Positions 7,939 through 15,196 are shown, numbered from the stretch's first letter. The stretch: 24,000 nucleotides of DNA from Marinomonas arctica (GCF_003259225.1 NZ_QHJF01000015.1:69826-93825); one strand, 5' to 3'. Notes: a model not told the origin generated them from the sequence alone. Made by a program: numbers and translations.

Positions 7939-9015
7939 ATGACAAATAGCATGCAAAAATCGCCCGAAAAGCAAATAACTCAAACGTCTGATTACCTGTT
8001 TAAGACATTACAAAGTGTGATTAAAGACGTTAAAAAGCAAGTCTCGACGCAAGTCAATTCAGCATTAACAATGATGTATTGGCATATCGGTAAGCAAATT
8101 TATAATGAGTTATTGCAGCAGCAACGGGCAGAATACGGGCAAGCTATTGTTAAGGCATTAAGTCGTAAACTGACCAATGAATTTGGTAAAGGGTTTAACT
8201 ACAGTGCGCTCACACGTATGCAAAAGTTTTATAGTGCTTTTCCAGAAGAGCCAATTGTTGCGACACTGTCGCAACAATTGAACTGGTCACACATTGTTTT
8301 ATTGTTGCCCATTAAAGACCCACTTGCACAACGATTTTACGCTCAAATGGCGGTCAACGACCATTGGAGTGTTCGCACCTTGCGTAACCGCATCGACTCT
8401 ATGTTATTTGAGCGCACTGCCTTGTCGAAGAAACCAGACGAACTCATTCAGCAAGAATTAGCACAATTGAAAAAACAGCAAATTACGCCTAACTTGTTAT
8501 TAAAAGATCCATATCTATTGGATTTTTTAGATCTGAAAGACCACTATCTTGAGAAAGACTTAGAAGACGGCATTTTAAGAGAATTAGAATGCTTTTTGTT
8601 AGAACTAGGCAGCGGTTTTAGTTTTATTGCCCGCCAGCATCGTGTGCAAATAGGCCAAGAAGACTTTTACATTGACCTGTTATTTTACAACCGTAAGCTC
8701 AAACGACTGGTTGCCCTTGATTTAAAACTGGGAAAATTCAAAGCCGCTTACAAAGGGCAAATGGAATTGTATTTGCGTTATCTGGCGAAATACGAACAAC
8801 AGCCCGACGAGCTAGCGCCACTGGGTATTATCTTATGCGCCAGTAAAGATCAAGAACAAGTAGAACTGCTCGAACTAGACCGTACCGATATTCATGTGGG
8901 TGAATACCTCACGGCGTTACCTTCCAAAGAACAGCTGCAAAATAAGTTACATCAGGTTATGGCGAGCCGACTTGATGCCGTCAGCGACGCAACAGATCTA
9001 GCCAAAGGCGAATGA
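7939..9015 (+). CDS. DUF1016 / YhcG-like PD-(D/E)xK nuclease-fold protein inserted between hsdM and hsdS
   Basis: 358 aa. The N-terminal YhcG-type helical domain has MYWHIGKQI, YGQAIVKALSRKL, LSWSHI-like QQLNWSHIVLLL and YAQMAVNDHWSVRTLRNRIDSMLFERT. The C-terminal nuclease core has EKDLEDGIL, FSFIARQHRV and DFYIDLLFYNRKLKRLVALDLKLGKF. Its stop overlaps the hsdS start (ATGA at 9012-9015). Confidence 0.9.
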   Translation: MTNSMQKSPEKQITQTSDYLFKTLQSVIKDVKKQVSTQVNSALTMMYWHIGKQIYNELLQQQRAEYGQAIVKALSRKLTNEFGKGFNYSALTRMQKFYSAFPEEPIVATLSQQLNWSHIVLLLPIKDPLAQRFYAQMAVNDHWSVRTLRNRIDSMLFERTALSKKPDELIQQELAQLKKQQITPNLLLKDPYLLDFLDLKDHYLEKDLEDGILRELECFLLELGSGFSFIARQHRVQIGQEDFYIDLLFYNRKLKRLVALDLKLGKFKAAYKGQMELYLRYLAKYEQQPDELAPLGIILCASKDQEQVELLELDRTDIHVGEYLTALPSKEQLQNKLHQVMASRLDAVSDATDLAKGE

Positions 9016-10793
9016 CCATGACTCAGCACAACCACATTAACCACCTGATAACCGACAACATGGACGTTTGGACCAGCGCTATCAAACGCAAATCCAGCTC
9101 GGGCCGAGGCTCAAGCAAAAAAATAGAACTGTACGGCATCAAGAAACTGCGCGAGCTGATTCTGGAGCTTGCCGTGCGTGGCAAGCTGGTTCCACAAGAC
9201 CCAAATGACGAACCTGCGTCTGCTTTGCTAGAACGCATCGCCGCCGAGAAAGCCGAACTGGTCAAACAAGGCAAAATCAAAAAGCCGAAAAAGCTGCCAG
9301 AGATTACCGAAGACGAAAAACCGTTTGAACTGCCGAAAGAGTGGGAGTGGGTGAAATTAGGAGATTTATCTAGTGATATTCATTATGGCTATACAGCGTC
9401 AGCGATGCCAAATTCTGAGGGTATTAGGCTTCTCAGGATTACAGATATTCAAGATGACAAGGTTAATTGGTCAACTGTTCCTGCATGTGAAGTAACGCCA
9501 GAAAAAGCAAAGGGCTACTTGCTTGAAAATAACGATATTTTGTTGGCGCGTACTGGAGGAACTATTGGTAAATCCTATCTTGTCGAGAATATTGATGTAA
9601 AGGCAGTCTTTGCGTCTTATTTAATTCGTGTTCGTAAGATTGAGTCGATGTATGCATCGTTTATAAAAGTTTATTTAGGGAGTCAGCTGTACTGGACGCA
9701 GCTTTATGCCAATTCTGCTGGGACGGGACAGCCTAATGTTAATGCTACAGCACTGAAGTCGTTACTTTTTCCAGTGCCACCTATTGAAGAACAACACTGC
9801 ATTGTCGCCAAAGTCGATGAGTTGATGGTGCTTTGCGATCAGCTAGAGGCGCAAACCGAATCCAGTCTTGATGCTCACCAAACCTTGGTGACAGCCTTGC
9901 TAGACACCTTAGTGAATAGCCAGAATCCTGAAGAGTTGACGGAAAACTGGATGCGCATCAGCGGCCACTTCGACACCTTATTCACCACAGAACAAAGCAT
10001 CGACCAGCTCAAACAAACCATCCTACAACTGGCTGTGATGGGCAAGCTTGTCGAGCAAAACCCCAACGATGAACCTGCCTCGGTTCTACTTGAACGCATC
10101 GCCGCTGAGAAAGATGACCTAATTAAACAAGGCAAAATCAAAAAACAAAAACCACTGCCACCGATTACCGAAGAAGAAAAACCGTTTGAGTTACCAGAAG
10201 GGTGGGAGTGGTGTCGATTTGGGGTTTTGTTTAAGTCATTTTCAAATGGTCTGTACAAACCTGCGAAATTTTATACAGATGCTGGTGTGATCTCTTTGAG
10301 AATGTATAACATCCAAAATGGATGTATTGATTTTAATGCAGCGAAAAGAGTCGAGGTTGAATCTAAAGAATTAGAGCAGTTTATATTAGAAGCTGGTGAT
10401 CTTTTGATTAATCGAGTTAATAGTAAAGAGCTTGTAGGTAAAACTGGAATAATTCCTAAAATGGAAGAGCCATTAGTGTATGAAAGTATGAATATGCGAG
10501 CTAAACCCTTTACAAATTATTTATCTTCTGAGTATTTGAATTTATTTATGATGACAAGGATGGCACAGAATTCTATTTCATTGTTTGCTAAAGAGGCAAT
10601 TGGGCAGGCATCAATAAACCAAGGGCAAGTGAGTTTAATTAAAACGCCTTTGCCGCCATTCGAAGAACAACACCGAATCGTCGCCAAGGTCGATGAGTTA
10701 ATGGCTATCTGCGACCAGCTGAAAACCCGACTCAGTGAAGTGCAAACCACGCAACTGAACCTTGCGGATGCGTTAGTCGAGCAAGCTTTGTAA
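9012..10793 (+). CDS. hsdS: Type I R-M specificity subunit (two TRDs, long duplicated conserved regions; size matches the EcoAI/EcoEI family IB)
   Basis: 593 aa. There are two variable, A+T-rich target-recognition domains (about 9360-9770 and 10215-10645). Each is preceded by an (E/Q)LAV.GKLV.Q.PNDEPAS.LLERIAAEK...KPFELP..WEW block and followed by P.PP.EEQH.IVAKVDELM..CDQL. Confidence 0.95.
   Translation: MTMTQHNHINHLITDNMDVWTSAIKRKSSSGRGSSKKIELYGIKKLRELILELAVRGKLVPQDPNDEPASALLERIAAEKAELVKQGKIKKPKKLPEITEDEKPFELPKEWEWVKLGDLSSDIHYGYTASAMPNSEGIRLLRITDIQDDKVNWSTVPACEVTPEKAKGYLLENNDILLARTGGTIGKSYLVENIDVKAVFASYLIRVRKIESMYASFIKVYLGSQLYWTQLYANSAGTGQPNVNATALKSLLFPVPPIEEQHCIVAKVDELMVLCDQLEAQTESSLDAHQTLVTALLDTLVNSQNPEELTENWMRISGHFDTLFTTEQSIDQLKQTILQLAVMGKLVEQNPNDEPASVLLERIAAEKDDLIKQGKIKKQKPLPPITEEEKPFELPEGWEWCRFGVLFKSFSNGLYKPAKFYTDAGVISLRMYNIQNGCIDFNAAKRVEVESKELEQFILEAGDLLINRVNSKELVGKTGIIPKMEEPLVYESMNMRAKPFTNYLSSEYLNLFMMTRMAQNSISLFAKEAIGQASINQGQVSLIKTPLPPFEEQHRIVAKVDELMAICDQLKTRLSEVQTTQLNLADALVEQAL
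9168..9350 (+). repeat. hsdS conserved-region direct repeat, copy A1
   Basis: Clearly similar at the DNA level to 10029-10212, sharing exact runs gaacgcatcgccgc, aaacaaggcaaaatcaaaaa, gattaccgaaga, gaaaaaccgtttga and gtgggagtgg. Confidence 0.85.
9771..9854 (+). repeat. hsdS distal conserved-region direct repeat, copy B1
   Basis: Encodes PVPPIEEQHCIVAKVDELMVLCDQLEAQ. Its DNA is similar to 10647-10730 (gaagaacaacac, atcgtcgcca / attgtcgcca, gtcgatgagtt). Confidence 0.8.
10029..10212 (+). repeat. hsdS conserved-region direct repeat, copy A2
   Basis: Partner of 9168-9350, about 860 bp downstream in the same frame. Confidence 0.85.
10647..10730 (+). repeat. hsdS distal conserved-region direct repeat, copy B2
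   Basis: Encodes PLPPFEEQHRIVAKVDELMAICDQLKTR. Partner of 9771-9854. Confidence 0.8.
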
Positions 10794-10808
10794 CCAAGGA
10801 GGGTGTCT

Positions 10809-11516
10809 ATGAGCGAACTTTATAATGTGTATTGTGATGAATCTTGCCACTTAGAAAACGATGGTATTAACGTGATGACGTTGGGGGCGCTTTGGTGTCC
10901 TGTGGCTAAGCGGGCTGACATTTCCAAACGGCTTCGAGAAATCAAGGTAAAACATGGGCTGTCAGCAGATTTTGAAATCAAATGGACTAAAGTAAGTAAA
11001 GGGCGGTTGGACTTTTATCTCGATGTCATTGATTACTTTTTTGATGACGATGATTGTCATTTTAGAGGTTTGGTCGTACCTGATAAAACAGTTCTTAATC
11101 ATCATAACTTTGGTCAAACTCATGATGATTGGTACTACAAAATGTACTTTGTTATGTTGAAAAGTATCTTTGACCCAGAATCAAAATATCGTGTCTACAT
11201 TGATATTAAAGACACATTGGGTCATGAAAAAATTACCAAGTTGCACGATGTCGTTTGCAATAGTCATTATGATTTTTCGCAACATATGATAGAAAAAATG
11301 CAGCGCATTCATTCTCATGAAGCGGAACAGCTTCAAGTGGCCGATCTGTTGATAGGTGCATTAGCCTATTTACATCGAGGGCTCACAACGAATCAAGCAA
11401 AGCTTGATTTAATATCAAGAATTAAAGAGCGTAGTGGTTATCAATTAACGCGCAATACTTTGATTAGAGAAAGTAAGTTTAATCTTTTAATTTGGAATGG
11501 ACAGGGAGATTCCTAG
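10809..11516 (+). CDS. DUF3800-family protein (uncharacterised; predicted nuclease-like fold)
   Basis: AGGAGG (10797-10802) lies 6 nt upstream of ATG 10809; the track start GTG 10803 is too close to the SD. The N-terminal VYCDES block and C-terminal QLQVADLLIGALAY block match the Y.DESG ... LQ.AD.L.G signature I associate with DUF3800 (PF12686). The gene starts only 15 nt after the hsdS stop. Confidence 0.75.
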   Translation: MSELYNVYCDESCHLENDGINVMTLGALWCPVAKRADISKRLREIKVKHGLSADFEIKWTKVSKGRLDFYLDVIDYFFDDDDCHFRGLVVPDKTVLNHHNFGQTHDDWYYKMYFVMLKSIFDPESKYRVYIDIKDTLGHEKITKLHDVVCNSHYDFSQHMIEKMQRIHSHEAEQLQVADLLIGALAYLHRGLTTNQAKLDLISRIKERSGYQLTRNTLIRESKFNLLIWNGQGDS

Positions 11517-11998
11517 TGACATCGGCATGGCTGCCAGATTTGGTGTTATTTAATGATTACGACGGAGATTGGAATCGTTATTTAAATGCTATCTATGCTT
11601 ATTTCGAAGCAGATTTTGTCTTATCAAAGCCGACCTTTCGTGGCGTTAGACTAGGGTTAAAGCGTTATCCTGAATACGATGGAAAGTCTGCGACTTTTTG
11701 GCATATGACCAGTACAGGGGATGATGAAAACGAGCGAACACCAGATTTTCGTCGTTGTGAGCGTATTCGTTGGCCAAAGCCAATTATTGAAAACGATCAA
11801 CATTTATCTTTAAAAATGTGGGCTGAACCTAAAGGTAAAAATAAGCGCATTCATATTTGGTATGAGCAAAAAGGATATTTAGTTGTGCTAGATGATAGAG
11901 GCGACTATATCTTGCCTTGGACTGCATTTTACGTTGAGCGTGAACATGAAAGACGAAAATACAATAAACGTTGGGAACGAAATAGAGATAATGTATAG
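11516..11998 (+). CDS. Hypothetical 160-aa protein with no recognised family; translationally coupled partner of the DUF3800 gene
   Basis: GTG 11516 overlaps the DUF3800 stop (TAGTG) and has GGGAGA 7 nt upstream. The alternative ATG 11492 (track, 168 aa) has no SD. The ORF has coding-like composition. The protein has a W/Y/R-rich core (FWHMTS, RRCERIRWPKPIIEN, YLVVLDDRGDYILPWTAFYV) and a basic tail (REHERRKYNKRWERNRDN). Confidence 0.6.
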   Translation: MTSAWLPDLVLFNDYDGDWNRYLNAIYAYFEADFVLSKPTFRGVRLGLKRYPEYDGKSATFWHMTSTGDDENERTPDFRRCERIRWPKPIIENDQHLSLKMWAEPKGKNKRIHIWYEQKGYLVVLDDRGDYILPWTAFYVEREHERRKYNKRWERNRDNV

Positions 11999-12017
11999 GA
12001 AGTAACTAAGAAAAGCT

Positions 12018-12039
12018 GACCTCGCCCTCTTGCGAGGAC
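12018..12039 (+). terminator. Weak GC hairpin after the hsd/DUF3800 operon (possible operon end)
   Basis: CCTCGC (12020-12025) pairs with GCGAGG (12032-12037) across a 6-nt loop, about 20 nt after the stop at 11998. There is no U-tract, so the call is weak. Confidence 0.25.
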
Positions 12040-12248
12040 GGTGTCGTAACTCCTTCTACACATGGTAGATGAGATGCATGAATATTAGCTACATGAGTCA
12101 ATATTTGCAAGTAATTCGTTTTAAGCATAGGGGAGCTGTATTTCTTCATGATTAATTTTATGCTTTATTAGCGAGATTTTACGCAGAAAGTACAATCGTG
12201 AGCAATTAGAGACTATTGTAGGTTTTACGGTAGTTAAGGAGATGCGAA

Positions 12249-12410
12249 ATGCTAATTCCTAAAAAAGAAAAAGTGAAATCGACGCCTTTTTCTGTTTTTT
12301 TTCGACATGCTAAGTCGGCAGAAAAACGCCAGTTTTTTGATCGGATCGCAAAAAAAGCGATTGAAGAGCAGCAACAGATGCTTGAAAAAGCTAAGAACAT
12401 GCCACAATAA
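12249..12410 (+). CDS. Small 53-aa basic/helical protein (below the ORF-track cutoff), stand-alone transcription unit
   Basis: AAGGAG (12236-12241) lies 7 nt upstream of ATG 12249. The translation is MLIPKKEKVKSTPFSVFFRHAKSAEKRQFFDRIAKKAIEEQQQMLEKAKNMPQ*, with TAA at 12408-12410. A clean intrinsic terminator follows 22 nt later. This ORF is a better explanation of the region than the antisense Cys-rich 64-aa track ORF at 12206-12400. Confidence 0.55.
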   Translation: MLIPKKEKVKSTPFSVFFRHAKSAEKRQFFDRIAKKAIEEQQQMLEKAKNMPQ

Positions 12411-12432
12411 ATGACTTTATTGTTTATACCAG

Positions 12433-12455
12433 AGCCGCTTGATAGCGGCTTTTTA
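12433..12455 (+). terminator. Rho-independent terminator of the 53-aa ORF
   Basis: AGCCGCT (12433-12439), loop TGAT, AGCGGCT (12444-12450), followed by TTTT. Confidence 0.65.
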
Positions 12456-12643
12456 GTCTGTAAAACCTGTAGTGCTAAAACTATTTGGTTCCACTTGGGC
12501 GCAGTGCTAATGGCTTAAAGGAATGGAAAGACAGTACTGGACGAGAGTTAGTAGCGGTAGAAGAGGTTGAGATAAAAGAGGCGTAAAGCAAAATCTAACT
12601 GTTAGCTTATCCGATAATATTGTTAAACGATGATTTTATGCTT

Positions 12644-12678
12644 AAAACGCCGTGAGCTATGAAGACGTGATCACGGCG
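12644..12678 (-). terminator. Probable intrinsic terminator of the darT-darT-darG operon
   Basis: On the minus strand, CGCCGTGA (rc of 12671-12678) pairs with TCACGGCG (rc of 12648-12655) across a 15-nt loop, followed by TTTT (12644-12647). It begins 14 nt after the darG stop. Confidence 0.5.
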
Positions 12679-12691
12679 CTTTAACTGTTGT

Positions 12692-13792
12692 TTACGCGTT
12701 TTGGATAAGTGGCTGATAGGTGTTTTTTAAACGATTTAAGGCAATGTTAATCGAGCGTTCATCAAATAAGTTTGTTTTGCGTTTTGCGCTTGCTTCTCCG
12801 GCGGGCCAGTGCTGAATGCCTTGAATGATTTTTTGTAGATCAGGTTCGATGTTTTCTTTGCTAACGAGCCAATCAATCGTAGACAGCAACTCCATACCAA
12901 AAGGCGTCTCAAAACCGTCTATCAGCTCTATTGTGTCTTGTAGAGACGTCAGATAGGGAGCCATTTCTGCACTTTTTAAGTAAGTATTTAGCTGATCCTG
13001 TTTTGAGTCCTCAAACCAAATTACGTCGAGTGGTTCCGCATCATTAATGCGTTTATTACAGTACAGATAAATTCCATCCAGATGGTCTATTAAGTGTCTG
13101 AGCCTGTCTGCGTATGGGCCATATAGGTTCGCTTCGAACCTAAGGTCTAGTGGGTTGTCGGTTTTATTCGATCCGTTGTGTTTTTCAATTGAGCGCTCTA
13201 AAAACCAAGCCAGCTTCTGAACTTCCAGCAAAGTACACTCCATCCCCATCACCCAGTATTGGCGAATTAATTCTGCAATCATGGCTCTAGCAGGGGTGAG
13301 TTTTGTGTGGCCTTTTTGTTTGGCAACATTTTGATAGCGCTGTGTTGGTTCGAAAACCAAAATATCGACAGATTCTAGGTCACCGAGAATGCGCTCAATT
13401 TCAGGTTTTACGCTTTCCCAGTTAAGCTTGCCATTACCCGCACCCAAAGCAGGAATCGCAATGGAGTTTAGATGATTATCAAGAATGACTTGTTTTAGAT
13501 CTACTAAGCCTTCCGTAATCCACTCTAATTTAGACGGATTGCGCCAATGGCGCTTAGTCGGGAAGTTAACAATCCATCTTGGTCCAACGAGTTCGCCCGT
13601 TTGGGTAACGAACATGCGACCTGTTTCTACTTGTTTTGCTTTACAAGCATTTGCATAATCTTGTGTATTTTTGGGAAAGCGTTCTTTAAACATGAGCGCG
13701 ATGCCTTTTCCCATTACACCAACGGTATTCACCGTATTAACGAGGGCATCGACATCCGCTTCGAGTAAGTTGCCTTGTGTGTAATGAATCAT
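12692..13792 (-). CDS. darG: DarG-like antitoxin: N-terminal macrodomain (DNA ADP-ribosyl glycohydrolase type) plus about 200-aa C-terminal domain
   Basis: Macrodomain blocks are [50 protein letters not shown] (TARG1/DarG-type Lys) and [16 protein letters not shown] 13792 overlaps the darT stop (CAATGA). The track start GTG 13804 is less likely. Confidence 0.88.
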   Translation of the reverse strand: MIHYTQGNLLEADVDALVNTVNTVGVMGKGIALMFKERFPKNTQDYANACKAKQVETGRMFVTQTGELVGPRWIVNFPTKRHWRNPSKLEWITEGLVDLKQVILDNHLNSIAIPALGAGNGKLNWESVKPEIERILGDLESVDILVFEPTQRYQNVAKQKGHTKLTPARAMIAELIRQYWVMGMECTLLEVQKLAWFLERSIEKHNGSNKTDNPLDLRFEANLYGPYADRLRHLIDHLDGIYLYCNKRINDAEPLDVIWFEDSKQDQLNTYLKSAEMAPYLTSLQDTIELIDGFETPFGMELLSTIDWLVSKENIEPDLQKIIQGIQHWPAGEASAKRKTNLFDERSINIALNRLKNTYQPLIQNA

Positions 13793-14442
13793 TGAAAATA
13801 CCACTGTGTCATTTTTCGAACATCGATAGCTAGAGATTTTTCCTTCACTATTTGTTCAAGCTGTTGTTTCATTTCGTCTGAATAACAAACAATGCCCAGT
13901 AAACTGGTGATGGGGCAATGTTTATAAACCAAGGCTTCTGCTTGGTAGCGTTCGATTTGGGCCGGGTCGTCTTGGTTTCGTTGAAAGTTTCGTTGTTGAA
14001 TAATAGTCCAATCTAGTTTTATTAGCTCGTCTGAATTATCGAAAAATTCTGCAAACGCTGTGTAAGCATGACGGTCTGTGAAAACAAAAGGTACCTTTGA
14101 GTCTATTAGTTTTGGTATTGAAGAGACTAAGATGACAATTTCTTCATTGGCTCTTTGTTTAACGCCACCGCGACCTGTGTGTATGTTGTACATCATAGGA
14201 GAGAAAGGCGTGAAGTAGAAGGGAATATAATCACTCAGTGTGCCGTATGGCTTGATGGGAACATTGCGCTGAGTACGTTTGTGAATTAAGTCTGTATTGC
14301 CTATTGGTTCATAGTGCTCTGCGACCTTTTGTGAGCTGGCACAATGAAGGCCATTATCCAAAATCCAAGCAAGGTTATCTCTATGGACAATTCTCCATAT
14401 GAGTGCTTTTTCTGGGTTTAGGTTTGGATAATGATTAGTCAT
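13789..14442 (-). CDS. darT: DarT (DUF4433) DNA ADP-ribosyltransferase toxin, canonical thymidine-type (DarT2-like)
   Basis: 217 aa. Block-by-block resemblance to Thermus/Mycobacterium DarT as I recall it: [57 protein letters not shown] and [12 protein letters not shown] (ARTT Glu). It sits directly upstream of, and overlapping, a macrodomain gene. Confidence 0.88.
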   Translation of the reverse strand: MTNHYPNLNPEKALIWRIVHRDNLAWILDNGLHCASSQKVAEHYEPIGNTDLIHKRTQRNVPIKPYGTLSDYIPFYFTPFSPMMYNIHTGRGGVKQRANEEIVILVSSIPKLIDSKVPFVFTDRHAYTAFAEFFDNSDELIKLDWTIIQQRNFQRNQDDPAQIERYQAEALVYKHCPITSLLGIVCYSDEMKQQLEQIVKEKSLAIDVRKMTQWYFQ

Positions 14443-15013
14443 GATGTTTTACAAACATATTCTCGTTTATTTGCGTGTTGACCGTGATGTTAACAGATTT
14501 CATTATTTGTTGAACTTGCTGATCTACCGTTTGGCTTTGGGTGAAAATTTTAAAAAATTGACTCGCTGGAATCGATTCTGGTGAAAGGCATTCTGCCATA
14601 CAAACGCTTTTACAATTTTTATCGCTGTAGTTTCTTTGATCCATTAGATCCCAGTTGATGTGCTCCATTCCTTGGTTGTAATTGAGTCTGGTCGTCTCTT
14701 CGTTTGCAAGTGGATGACGTGGAATAATTTGCCAATTATTAGCGCTGGCGTGATCTCGTCTTACTGCGATTAATATGAACGTTTTGTTCTTATAGGAGTG
14801 CTGAGCTGCTAAGTCAAAAGGGTTTTTGCTGAAAAAGTGAAAGGGTACATAGTCTTGAAGTTTTTGAGCTTGGCGTTTTGTAACAATATCGCTGTCTGCG
14901 ACGTCGGTAAAATCGGTCAGTTGGCTGCGTGGTAATAAGCCATGTTTAAGAATAGATTCAAGGTTTTCTAAGCTTGTTAGATGGTACAGCAGTCTTTGGT
15001 CTTTAATTGACAT
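14435..15013 (-). CDS. Second, divergent DarT-like (DUF4433-like) ADP-ribosyltransferase paralogue; first gene of the operon
   Basis: 192 aa. Blocks seen are LLYHLTSLENLESILKHGLL, QDYVPFHFFSKNPF, INWDLM and CMAECLSPESIP (a candidate catalytic Glu in the same relative position). AAGGA lies 7 nt upstream of ATG 15013. Its last codons overlap the darT start by 8 nt (ATGACTAA). Confidence 0.7.
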   Translation of the reverse strand: MSIKDQRLLYHLTSLENLESILKHGLLPRSQLTDFTDVADSDIVTKRQAQKLQDYVPFHFFSKNPFDLAAQHSYKNKTFILIAVRRDHASANNWQIIPRHPLANEETTRLNYNQGMEHINWDLMDQRNYSDKNCKSVCMAECLSPESIPASQFFKIFTQSQTVDQQVQQIMKSVNITVNTQINENMFVKHHD

Positions 15014-15046
15014 CGTGAAATCCTTTTTACTGAAGTTGTTTTGGTT

Positions 15047-15061
15047 GTACAGTGCGTGTAC
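15047..15061. promoter_or_regulatory. Small palindrome between a TACAAT -10-like box and the SD of the darT operon (candidate operator)
   Basis: GTACA-GTGCG-TGTAC. GTTGTAC plus AGTGC recurs at 15115-15138. On the minus strand a TACAAT box (rc of 15077-15082) lies just upstream of the palindrome. Confidence 0.25.
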
Positions 15062-15196
15062 TTATATATCTAAGACATTGTAATGAATAAAATGAGTCAG
15101 AACCCTCAAAAATAGTTGTACTTGTTAGTTAGTGCACCCTTTGCGTTTAAGGTGGGTAATCTCTTTTGTTGCTGGGGCTTTTTTAGACTCTTTTGG

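Noticed and set aside
9023-10750. Minus-strand ORFs inside hsdS (9023-9280, 9875-10258, 10517-10750)
   Set aside because: They are antisense to hsdS. Two of them are simply the reverse reading of the duplicated conserved regions, which explains their mutual similarity.
12206-12400. 64-aa minus-strand track ORF (MFLAFSSICCCSSIAFF...)
   Set aside because: It has Cys/Ser/Phe-rich, non-protein-like composition and no SD. The opposite strand carries a 53-aa ORF with a canonical SD and terminator, which explains the open frame.
12479-12586. Short open frame ending ...ANGLKEWKDSTGRELVAVEEVEIKEA*, considered as a gene remnant or antitoxin fragment
   Set aside because: It has no ATG and no SD; only a TTG is present. 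At about 33 codons with no recognisable motif, it is at best a relic at a cassette junction and cannot be supported as a feature.
13120-13350. GGTTCGAA-type strings resembling tRNA T-loops (near 13125 and 13341)
   Set aside because: They lie inside the darG coding frame, and no acceptor or anticodon arms can be folded around them. No tRNA, tmRNA or rRNA signature was found anywhere in the window.
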